This document shows, one piece after another, positions 48,599 through 57,275 of a stretch of DNA of 64,000 nucleotides. Below the pieces are notes generated by a model. That model searched no databases. It was not told the DNA's origin and saw nothing but the letters and a program-made list of their open reading frames with translations. Positions within the stretch are counted from its first letter, which is position 1, and the number at the start of each line of letters is the position of its first letter. The stretch is from Candidatus Thorarchaeota archaeon (GTDB taxonomy: Archaea > Asgardarchaeota > Thorarchaeia > Thorarchaeales > Thorarchaeaceae): assembly GCA_019057475.1 (NCBI GenBank), contig DXJO01000022.1, positions 1 to 64,000 of the forward strand, in the 5' to 3' direction. The translations under genes were made by a program, and so were the position numbers.

Positions 48599-49894
48599 CT
48601 ATCCAGATCCCCGAATCACAACTGCGAACTCACTTGCTAGTTTACCATACCATTCTAGCAGGTCACGCATATTATCTACATGACGATAGATTCCGTTCCC
48701 ATACTGGGAGATGGCTAGCATCAGTTCTTCGTCAATTTCGCTGCGCTCTCCTAGTCCAATGCAATAGATGACCAAATTGACAGCCTCAGTGAAGCGCTCC
48801 TTCAACACTTTTAGTGGCGGGGGTCCAGATGTTGTCATTCCATCAGTAAGCAATATCAACATGGTTGGTTTCTTGGTATCGTCAAAAGCCTCGAGAATCT
48901 CGTGCGCTTTTATCAACGCGGAGCCCATGTCGGTCAGAGTGCCACCTTCTTCAACTTTGTCTACTACGTGAGTGCTGATTATCTGAAGGCCAAGTGCCTT
49001 TTCTCGGCCCGTGCATTCCACAAAAGGCTGAACTTCGCCTGTGTCGGAGCTGAGAAATGTCATCTCACTCACTTCCTTCTCGAAAGTAATGATACCAACC
49101 TTCTCACCATAACCCCTGCCGACTTTCTCAGCTAGGTATAGGAGGATAGCCATCGCAGCTGCTTCGGCACGGCTGACCATACTGCCCTCTTCAAACCGGT
49201 CAAGGAATGCCTGAACTTCCGGGTTATCACCCGCGAGGTCCTTCAGACCCTCCCGGGCATGCGCTATATCCTGAACTGGAACATCGGTGGTCTTCATTGA
49301 TCCACTAGTGTCAATACATAGTATTGCGTTGAAGGGTGTGGCTATGCCAACTGTCTTGAACTCATACCCGGTCTTCTCTCTCAATGCTTCAAAGGCAAGC
49401 TTTGCGAAGCTTTTCCCGGATAACAGCGGTCTGACATTCATTATCTCTACATTCGCATTCATCTCGGGCCAATTGAATGACATCCCCGGATAGACAAGCC
49501 GACCATCAATAATTTTCTCAAGAGACTTTACTCTTTCAGCTGCACGGGTGACCAAGTCATCTGTGTTGGCGTCTTCTGTAAGTGGCTTCAGACCGAACTC
49601 CACGTACTCTAGAGCTGTCATATCCTTATCATAGAGCGTTACTTCAACCATATCCGATTCCATAAGCAATGAAGCTTCCAGAATCAGTGTGTCAATCACA
49701 ATTTGGTCCGGAGGAACGTCCTTGCTCTTCCTAATCTCTGCAGCTCCCCAAAATGCAGATTGAGAGTCTTCAAAAACGACGATAGATCCCATCTCTGCGT
49801 TCAAAGCTTTAGCAGTCTTAGGATGAAGATTGGCGTAGCCTCTTAGGTCGCCACCGTCAACGATTTCAAGTTTCGCCTTCTTAGTGATGGCAAT
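48599..49894 (-). CDS. CDC48-N-like (double-psi barrel) + VWA domain protein; probable non-canonical start
   Basis: MIDAS IDTSGSM, GGTLTDMG, LLTDG, IGLG; frame open 30 codons beyond TTG 49804 (..GDLRGYANLHPKTAKALNAEMG). Confidence 0.8.
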   Translation of the reverse strand: MAITKKAKLEIVDGGDLRGYANLHPKTAKALNAEMGSIVVFEDSQSAFWGAAEIRKSKDVPPDQIVIDTLILEASLLMESDMVEVTLYDKDMTALEYVEFGLKPLTEDANTDDLVTRAAERVKSLEKIIDGRLVYPGMSFNWPEMNANVEIMNVRPLLSGKSFAKLAFEALREKTGYEFKTVGIATPFNAILCIDTSGSMKTTDVPVQDIAHAREGLKDLAGDNPEVQAFLDRFEEGSMVSRAEAAAMAILLYLAEKVGRGYGEKVGIITFEKEVSEMTFLSSDTGEVQPFVECTGREKALGLQIISTHVVDKVEEGGTLTDMGSALIKAHEILEAFDDTKKPTMLILLTDGMTTSGPPPLKVLKERFTEAVNLVIYCIGLGERSEIDEELMLAISQYGNGIYRHVDNMRDLLEWYGKLASEFAVVIRGSG

Positions 49895-49950
49895 AGCCTC
49901 CGCTACAAGTTTCCCGTCCTCATTTTATAAAGAATTGTGAGGTACTAAGG

Positions 49951-51450
49951 TCATCCAAGCATGGACTCAATCGCAGATGTGAATTCTTTGGGGGTTGAAA
50001 AGAGCTTCGAGTTGCTTGTCAGGTCAGTTGAGAGAATGGGGTGCTTCTTCTGTTGCGCCAACTCAGTAGAGAGCATAGTGGCCTTTTCGTAGTCGTTCAG
50101 GATGATGCAACTAATCATGTCATTGGGGTGCGATTTCACCCAGACTATGAATTCACGCGCATCATCTCGCGTTCGTAATGTCATGAAGTAGGAATCAAAG
50201 TATATGCCGTTGTCGCCCCCCGCAGACATCGGCCGCAGGTCAGGCCATGTCCTTTTGGGGGGCAGCATGTAGTCCACAGAGGCGAGATTTAGTGCACCCT
50301 CTGCTATCTTTGCGATAAGGCTAGTTTCCAATACTGAACGTGCAGACTTTTTCTTCTGTGTGCATGTTAGCATTTGGGGGTTCTCATGAGCCATACGCTT
50401 TGTTCGGAATGGCGTTCCAACGAGGGACAATGCGTTGCCTCCAAGGATCCTCTGAATGTCACTGAGAGACCCCAAGAAATCCCTAGATAGAAGGTGTAAA
50501 ATCACATCGGCGGCTTGGACTGAGAGAAAGCTGTAGTCCGTGCCGAAAAGAAATTTCTCTGACCAATGAAAACCGGCATTTGCCAGCATATCGGTGGCTG
50601 TGCGAAACAGAACAGGAACATCCTGATCATGAAGGGTTGAGGTTTCTCCATAGATGACAGGGTCTCTCAGCAGCTCGTGGAAATGGGGGTCTCCAGGACT
50701 CATCCCGCAATGAGCCAAAATAATTTTCAAACCTTTCATTGCTTTTGCATACTTTTGCTCGTTTCGCATGGCTTCGACCATGGCATGTATCCGTCGCGCC
50801 GTTTTTACGTTCCGAGTGTCGAATATAATTGGAACCTTCAGCTCGCCAGCCTTTCTCACGACACGTAGAGTCATTTCATCTTCGATTTCTTCAACGAAAA
50901 GCTGTGCTACCGGATGCAGCTTAAGACCCCTAAGTCCGAGCTTTGTTACTGCGCGATTAAGCTCTCGGACTGCTGCGGTTCTAGACCTCAGAAAGTCTTT
51001 TGGGTCAACTCTTGCGAAACCAATCAGCCGAGTTGAGTGAGGAGCACGAGTGGTCCATCCCGCGATTTTATCATTTGATACCTTGAAGGAAGCCCCCTTG
51101 CCTTCCTCTAGGTAGTCATCTGTGAAGGGAAAGACAATGGTTCTGTCTACAAGCCATCCATGATTAAGTCGCGCCCAACTCTTCCGACTGGAGAAACATT
51201 TGGAGGGTAGGTTGGAAGGCACCACATCCACGGGTTCGAACAAGAGTGCATCACTCTCTTTCAGGTCCTTGACCATGCGCTGCATTTCAAACCAGAGCAG
51301 AGCGTAAAACTCGTACGCGCCAGGAGGTGTGTTTGTGTGTCCTTTCTCGCGACCCATATGGTGATGCGCGTCTACGATATACAGCCTGAACTTCTGTCCC
51401 TTCTTGATGCCTTTCTCAGGCTGGTCCTCAATCGCTCGAACTACGAGCAT
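49951..51450 (-). CDS. Metal-dependent amidohydrolase (amidohydro_2 TIM barrel) with C-terminal extra domain
   Basis: VDAHHH, GLKLHP, ILAHCG, FLFGTDY, ILGGNA. Confidence 0.88.
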   Translation of the reverse strand: MLVVRAIEDQPEKGIKKGQKFRLYIVDAHHHMGREKGHTNTPPGAYEFYALLWFEMQRMVKDLKESDALLFEPVDVVPSNLPSKCFSSRKSWARLNHGWLVDRTIVFPFTDDYLEEGKGASFKVSNDKIAGWTTRAPHSTRLIGFARVDPKDFLRSRTAAVRELNRAVTKLGLRGLKLHPVAQLFVEEIEDEMTLRVVRKAGELKVPIIFDTRNVKTARRIHAMVEAMRNEQKYAKAMKGLKIILAHCGMSPGDPHFHELLRDPVIYGETSTLHDQDVPVLFRTATDMLANAGFHWSEKFLFGTDYSFLSVQAADVILHLLSRDFLGSLSDIQRILGGNALSLVGTPFRTKRMAHENPQMLTCTQKKKSARSVLETSLIAKIAEGALNLASVDYMLPPKRTWPDLRPMSAGGDNGIYFDSYFMTLRTRDDAREFIVWVKSHPNDMISCIILNDYEKATMLSTELAQQKKHPILSTDLTSNSKLFSTPKEFTSAIESMLG

Positions 51451-51563
51451 GTGTTCTTCGCTCCTCTAGGTAGGAGATACATCAAATGCTCGACATAAAC
51501 CATTGCGTGAGATACATTCATCTGATATTTCATCTTGGAAGACGTGACACGAGGTAAGACTCG

Positions 51564-54227
51564 ATGCTTGTGGCTGAAGACATTGCGGCAAACGAGATAA
51601 GACGGTTCTTTGTAGTGGACGCGTCACTTCATCTCGGGTCAGTTAGAGTCGGCACGACTCTCAGCACATTCGACCCCGCAAGAGCCTTTACATACTTTGG
51701 CGCTCTTGAGAATCAATTGATAGAATACGCGTCCCGCTTCTCCGAGTCATTCCAATACATTCCACGGCGAGCTTATAGCTACTTGAAGCATCCGCCTATC
51801 CTCTCAAGCTTGTGCCAGAGCACGCTAGAGGAACCTGAGTCCAGCTGGTTGGTCGACCAATTCTTGACATGTCCACTCATCAGTGTGGGACATACATCAC
51901 TTCCTAAAGCAGAACAGATGAAAAACACAAAGTCGATTCAGGAATGGTCCATGGGCCCCCCGTATGGTCCCAGATTGTACCATATCCAGGATATGCGTCA
52001 CGGACGTCACACCCGCTCCGGTTGGGGGTGCATAATGAAAGCTGCCGACCTCGGGCAACGCATGGAGGAAACGAATCTCAACGACCTTGATGGTTATATC
52101 CAGATGGGGCATCCAGTATTTGTGGAAATGGATGAGCCGGATGACATTGACATTGTATTGAAATGGCTCATTACCCTAAAGGAAGCAGGACACAAAAGAC
52201 CATCATTGCTGCTTGATCCAAGAGCTCACAAGGATTGGAACGCAGGAATCACAAGGCTAGTTGATATCCCAAGGAGCAGGATTCTGACTTCAGGAGCCAC
52301 TATCTCATCGCTCTCGACCCTTGTGCGGCACCTCAGGAAAACCAGCATAGAAGCAGATTGGTCATCAAGACTAGTTTTCGCCACCCGTTATCCTGAAACA
52401 CAGAGCGGAGATGGCGTTTCAGAGATTCTAAGCTATCTACTGAGTAAGAACCTGGCGGCCAGTCCACAAGAACTCCAGAGAGTGCTTGGTGGGAACATCT
52501 TGTCCATGATGCCTCCAAGACCGTCGTTCCTTTCTTATGCTGATAATGACTCTGCAGTTGTTGCAGAGGGACACCTAGGCAAGGCATCGCTAAACGAGAT
52601 TGCGCGCATCCTCCGATTGGTGGTTGGTCGCAGACTTCAGAGCGTCGCTTCGGTTGATTACATGATCGGAAATGATGGAGGAGTCGTGCACCTAGATGGC
52701 GCATTGGTAACTCTCACGACACCATCGACGAATACAGCTACTAGTATGGCAATAATCCTCGAGAGGAATGGTTCCTTGAAGCTCGTAGGATGGAAGCGTA
52801 CATTCACAGATACACTGCATACTAGGAACAGCGAGGCATTTTCCACACTTGCTAGATCAATAGCAATGTCAGATGGACTCATTTTGAGTTCTCCCTCCCA
52901 AATGACGCGGTTCGACCAAGCTGTGATGAGCTGCTTGCAAGTTAAGAACCCGCAGGAAATCTTGTCGGCTCTGCATTTCCAAATGGACATTGCTGACTAT
53001 GAACAGGGAGCGATTCTCGTTTCTCCTGACGATATGCGCGCGCTCAACGTCAGCGAGGGGGACCATTTGCTTGTGCTTGACACCGCAACAACCCGATGGT
53101 GGATCGGCAAGGCTGTGATGGACGAAGAACACCCGAGGAAGCGGATAGGAATCTCTTCGCAAGATGCGATGCTTGGGGGTTTCACTGAATCAAGAAATGT
53201 TGACCTCGCCAAAACTGAAAGGAAGGTAGTCAATCTTGGCGAAACGGTCCTTTCATTTGACAATGCGGATGGCCCCCCAAATGGAGAAACCTCTGCATCA
53301 TTGCATCTCCGAACTGATACTGTCAGAAGGATGTTGCATAATAGGTTCGTTGGCAAAGGTATGAAGTTCAGTATTGGAAACGGAGGGCACGAAATCTGCC
53401 TTACGTTCGCGCAATCCAGCCCCAGACTAGATCCGAGCCAGATCGGTCGCATGAATGGCGCGTCGATTCGATTCCAACCGTCCCAATCACTCAGGGAGTT
53501 CAATGTGATTATCAGTGTTTCAGCAGATCAGAATATGCGAATACGAGACATCACGCTAAAATCAAAGTACTCGATCCAATCTAGGCTCGAACCATTAGTA
53601 GAGAGGGTCCCAGAGCTAGGAGCCTTCTTGAGTGGCCTTGGTGACACAATTACAAGAGCTGAGCTAGCCGCCCTGTTTTCGTTACTTGTCGTGAGCACAA
53701 TTGCGGACAATCGCACTGGAGGGCGTCTAGGTATTGTCACAGTCACTGTTCCAGCTCAGAAGTTTTCTGTTCAGAAGAGAGGTGTTGTCCAGTCATTTGT
53801 GGAATTTCGGGAGGACCTATCTTCCGAGGAAGTCCTGATTTCCATGGTCTATTCAATACTTGATACCTTGCGACAATCCGTGCAAGCGGTCAGCATAGCA
53901 GATGGTTACAGAGCCGTTGCAGAAATGTTGGAGGATTTCGGTCCTGAACGACCGACCCTAGTGATGATTCTTGGAAGTGATGTGGATGATGACCATGGAA
54001 GACCCTTCCTTCGAGCGATAGCTGAAAGCGAGAGGTGTTTGTTTGACTTCATGGGACTTGGTATGACTTTTGATGAGAAGAAAGCGCTGCAAGTGTTTGA
54101 CGGTATTGTCGGAGGAGTCTACCCAATCACTTCATTCTCAACACGCGCCTTTGACGACTATCTACTTGGGGCAATCGACCACGTTGTGCCAATCGTTGAA
54201 GAGCCAGAATTTAAGGGAAATCAATAG
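51564..54227 (+). CDS. Fusion of degenerate amidohydrolase + CDC48-N-like + degenerate VWA (pseudoenzyme paralog of both neighbours)
   Basis: VDASLH, VFATRYP, VLGGNI, ASVDYM; ILVSPDDMRALNVSEGD; FNVIISVSADQNM, TRAELAA, PTLVMILGSD. Confidence 0.8.
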   Translation: MLVAEDIAANEIRRFFVVDASLHLGSVRVGTTLSTFDPARAFTYFGALENQLIEYASRFSESFQYIPRRAYSYLKHPPILSSLCQSTLEEPESSWLVDQFLTCPLISVGHTSLPKAEQMKNTKSIQEWSMGPPYGPRLYHIQDMRHGRHTRSGWGCIMKAADLGQRMEETNLNDLDGYIQMGHPVFVEMDEPDDIDIVLKWLITLKEAGHKRPSLLLDPRAHKDWNAGITRLVDIPRSRILTSGATISSLSTLVRHLRKTSIEADWSSRLVFATRYPETQSGDGVSEILSYLLSKNLAASPQELQRVLGGNILSMMPPRPSFLSYADNDSAVVAEGHLGKASLNEIARILRLVVGRRLQSVASVDYMIGNDGGVVHLDGALVTLTTPSTNTATSMAIILERNGSLKLVGWKRTFTDTLHTRNSEAFSTLARSIAMSDGLILSSPSQMTRFDQAVMSCLQVKNPQEILSALHFQMDIADYEQGAILVSPDDMRALNVSEGDHLLVLDTATTRWWIGKAVMDEEHPRKRIGISSQDAMLGGFTESRNVDLAKTERKVVNLGETVLSFDNADGPPNGETSASLHLRTDTVRRMLHNRFVGKGMKFSIGNGGHEICLTFAQSSPRLDPSQIGRMNGASIRFQPSQSLREFNVIISVSADQNMRIRDITLKSKYSIQSRLEPLVERVPELGAFLSGLGDTITRAELAALFSLLVVSTIADNRTGGRLGIVTVTVPAQKFSVQKRGVVQSFVEFREDLSSEEVLISMVYSILDTLRQSVQAVSIADGYRAVAEMLEDFGPERPTLVMILGSDVDDDHGRPFLRAIAESERCLFDFMGLGMTFDEKKALQVFDGIVGGVYPITSFSTRAFDDYLLGAIDHVVPIVEEPEFKGNQ

Positions 54228-54504
54228 CATCAGAAATCGCGGCGAGTCTAGTTTCGAAGGATTGTGTTTTGCGCTCCAGTTTTTCCAGAGTCATGCGAAC
54301 TCCTTCTATTAGGGTAACCAGATTCGATAACGTTCCAGTGCCAGATTCGGATACCCCCCTCATGTGCACCTTCAAATGATTGTCTAGATCCTTAGTAACT
54401 AGAAACACCCTACCTGCAATCTCTTCAAGTGCTCTCAACCGATCTGCAGTCTGTTCCATCTGGTCAACCAATTCACTCAGATCTCCATCAGCCACATGAA
54501 TCAC
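54211..54504 (-). CDS. Small coiled-coil protein
   Basis: Heptad pattern; 4-nt overlap with upstream gene. Confidence 0.7.
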   Translation of the reverse strand: MIHVADGDLSELVDQMEQTADRLRALEEIAGRVFLVTKDLDNHLKVHMRGVSESGTGTLSNLVTLIEGVRMTLEKLERKTQSFETRLAAISDAIDFP

Positions 54505-54803
54505 CCTTGCAGATGGTCGTCGGTTTGCGCCAGTGCGCGCTCAAGAGTTTCCAGCCGCTTTGATAGACTTTCAAGACGCTCTACGACTTCGCTGAGTCTG
54601 ATGTCTATTTGACTTGATACAGACGCCTCGTGCCGTTCAGTCGTGTCTAGTGATGGGCGCACCTGAGGTTCGCCTGATAGCTTAGCTAGTCCATCTTCTA
54701 GGTCCGCCACAGTTTGGAGAAGGTCTGGAATGGACACTTTGTCGAGTCGTTTGTTAATCAAGATAAGTGCACGTTCGATCTTCTCAAGCTTGCGCGCGCT
54801 CAA
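54501..54803 (-). CDS. Small coiled-coil protein
   Basis: Heptad pattern; GGAGG SD before TTG. Confidence 0.7.
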   Translation of the reverse strand: MSARKLEKIERALILINKRLDKVSIPDLLQTVADLEDGLAKLSGEPQVRPSLDTTERHEASVSSQIDIRLSEVVERLESLSKRLETLERALAQTDDHLQG

Positions 54804-54817
54804 ACAGATGCCTCCAT

Positions 54818-55981
54818 TCAGTATAGTCGTGTCTTGTAGATTTCATGTGCTAATGGTTTGGAACCATACAGAACCTCTACTCTAATGTTAGCTTTTCCTT
54901 TCTCATCCGACATTGGTACAAGCTTCAGCGTAATCTTCTGATCAGACCTGGGACCGACCTCATGCTTTTCATTGGTGACCTCAGACACTGAATCACCAAC
55001 GACAATTGAAACGATAACCCGAATTCCAACAGTGACTTGACTTGGGTTGACAATCCTGATTCGGTAATTAAACGCTTTGCCCCCAACAAGTGCATCAGGC
55101 ACCGCTCCGAGGTCCACAGACAACCCTAGATGGTCAGATGTCAGAGGTCGTCCCTTTGGCCATCTTGTGATTCGCCCCAGCTCTTGTAGTCTTGAAAGCG
55201 ATGTTTTGAGAACCCTCAACTCCAGGCCAAGCTCTTCTGCAGCTTCAGCCAGATCAAAGCTCCCATCATGGCGTTCATAAAACAAGAGGATGCGTCTGTC
55301 CTCCTCAATGAGATCGCCAACACTCTCAAGAATCTCCAAGATTGCTTCAGGCAGTTCATCAGCCTCACGAAGAGAGAAGTATCTTCCACTTTCTACGAAT
55401 TCTGCAATGCTTCTAAACGACGTTTCCACCAGGGGATTGCAGCCACATACAAACGGAAAGAATGTGGTACCGAAGTTGTCCTTCATGGCCTTAAGCTCAG
55501 CCTTTGGATCATAGCCCTTGGGACATCCATCGGGAAAGTAATCGTCACCTAGTGAATTGTAGTCCGTTCCATGTGGCGGCGCATCGCCCACTAGGAGGAG
55601 AACTTTGTACGCATCATTCGACCATGAAAGCTTTGTGCGGGCATCGAACAGTCCATCTGCCACAGCCTCAGGAGTATCACCACCTTCGGATGGCTTCAGG
55701 TCAGATATCTGGCGATGCACCTTTTTCATTTGGTCAGTGAAGTCAAAGACGCGTGTCACGTAGGTGCGGTCTTGAGGGGGATGATCCCTGTACGATACTA
55801 TTCCGAACCGAATTCTCAGGTCTTTGGTGCGAGTCACAACCTTATCCACGATGTCGAAGAGACTATCCTTGACTGCGCGGATGTCATCCTTCATGCTTCC
55901 TGTGGTATCAACTACAAAGGCAACGTCCAGCTTCGCAGGGGGCACCCCTATCGTCTCCTGCCGGACGAGAGAATTAGCCAC
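54818..55981 (-). CDS. VWA + winged-helix + Ig-like domain protein
   Basis: VVDTTGSM, YRDH, GGDTPEA, VGDAPPHG; DLAEAAEELG...LSRLQELGRI; beta-rich C-terminus. Confidence 0.85.
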   Translation of the reverse strand: MANSLVRQETIGVPPAKLDVAFVVDTTGSMKDDIRAVKDSLFDIVDKVVTRTKDLRIRFGIVSYRDHPPQDRTYVTRVFDFTDQMKKVHRQISDLKPSEGGDTPEAVADGLFDARTKLSWSNDAYKVLLLVGDAPPHGTDYNSLGDDYFPDGCPKGYDPKAELKAMKDNFGTTFFPFVCGCNPLVETSFRSIAEFVESGRYFSLREADELPEAILEILESVGDLIEEDRRILLFYERHDGSFDLAEAAEELGLELRVLKTSLSRLQELGRITRWPKGRPLTSDHLGLSVDLGAVPDALVGGKAFNYRIRIVNPSQVTVGIRVIVSIVVGDSVSEVTNEKHEVGPRSDQKITLKLVPMSDEKGKANIRVEVLYGSKPLAHEIYKTRLY

Positions 55982-56057
55982 AATTAAGCTTTTGGAGGAT
56001 AATTACAAACACAGCAGGCTTTTTGAAGGCTTGAAAGAATCGATGCACGTGAAACTG

Positions 56058-56435
56058 ATGAACGAGAGCGCAGTCGTTATTGAAATCGAGTTCGATGATG
56101 GAACTGTCTTGAAAGGAGTACTTGACAGAGTGTTAGGCCCGCTCATCATCGCAGATATTAAAGCCGCTGCACCAATCGATGGCAAGGCTGCCCTAATGAG
56201 AGGAGCTATGCAGATAACAATTGGAATCAAGAGAGGCAATCGGAGACCCACAAATGATGTGAAAAAAGGTGACATTGCATACATGCCACTCGGCGACAAT
56301 CTCTGCATCTACCTCAAGGATACGCGAACATTTAGTCCAGTAAACATCTTGGGCAAAGTCACATCAGATGATGTTCTTGAGAAGCTTGACAGAATTCGTC
56401 GTGGTAGCAGGGCCACGTTTCGGATTATGGAATGA
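56058..56435 (+). CDS. Cyclophilin-like fold protein (TM1367/DUF369-like)
   Basis: VKKGDIAYMPLGDNLCIY...SPVNILGKV motif. Confidence 0.8.
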   Translation: MNESAVVIEIEFDDGTVLKGVLDRVLGPLIIADIKAAAPIDGKAALMRGAMQITIGIKRGNRRPTNDVKKGDIAYMPLGDNLCIYLKDTRTFSPVNILGKVTSDDVLEKLDRIRRGSRATFRIME

Positions 56436-56445
56436 AGCAGAGGAT

Positions 56446-56997
56446 TCAAATTCGTTGTAGATTCCTAATGATCTCCTCATTCTCGTCAGGCGTTTTGACT
56501 GTTGGATCAACGGTCATTCCAGGTTCGTGGGTTTCAATCAGAACCTCCATTCCAGAGTCCTTGACTTTCTTGAACCCGTTGCTAGATAGCGCCCGAACTG
56601 TAAGATGAGTCGTATTGAATTCAGTCCTGGCGAGGGTTTCCACTGTTCGCAATTCTCTTCGCAACTTCGATCTAGTCATGCGAACTTGCTCTTTGAGCTC
56701 AGCAACTTGGACTTGCAATTCCCTACGTTGACTATGCTCAGTTTCAAGCCGCAACTTCAAATCGGCATAATCAGCCTTTGGGATGTAATCCTTTGTCCGG
56801 TCAATCCAAGTGACTGTTGTGCCATCGAACCGCCTTTTTGTAGCCACAAGATCCAGTGCATTCAAGATCGCGATGACATCATACACCCTTCGCTTTGGAG
56901 CGTTCAACATGTCGGCCAGAATGTCACTGCGAACCCCCTCGGTTCCGCTCGCCTTCAAGAGCCTAATTGACTCTTTTGCCAGTTCAACCAGCTTCAC
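56446..56997 (-). CDS. E2F/DP-like winged-helix transcription factor with coiled coil
   Basis: KRRVYDVIAILNALDLV...VTWI matches the E2F/DP RRxYD signature; GTG start at 56997 with GGGGTG SD. Confidence 0.8.
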   Translation of the reverse strand: MKLVELAKESIRLLKASGTEGVRSDILADMLNAPKRRVYDVIAILNALDLVATKRRFDGTTVTWIDRTKDYIPKADYADLKLRLETEHSQRRELQVQVAELKEQVRMTRSKLRRELRTVETLARTEFNTTHLTVRALSSNGFKKVKDSGMEVLIETHEPGMTVDPTVKTPDENEEIIRNLQRI

Positions 56998-57275
56998 AAT
57001 CGCACCCCAAGAATGTGCCGGCGTATGGCGGCCTCCGAGCACACTCCCAGTGGGTTTCGGGTAGGAAGTATTTAGATGTTTGTGTTGTGTAGCGATTTTC
57101 CGATGGTTCTCACTGATAACCAAAGCTATTATTACTCGAATGATTCTGCGAAAAATCGCCGGGTAAAATGAGCGGTTTGTATGACCAATGAGCATCCAGG
57201 GTGAGGTGCCGTCAACACCCAAGATTATTTATCATGCATGCTTCGCACGAGCCACCAGTTCACACACATTGACAG

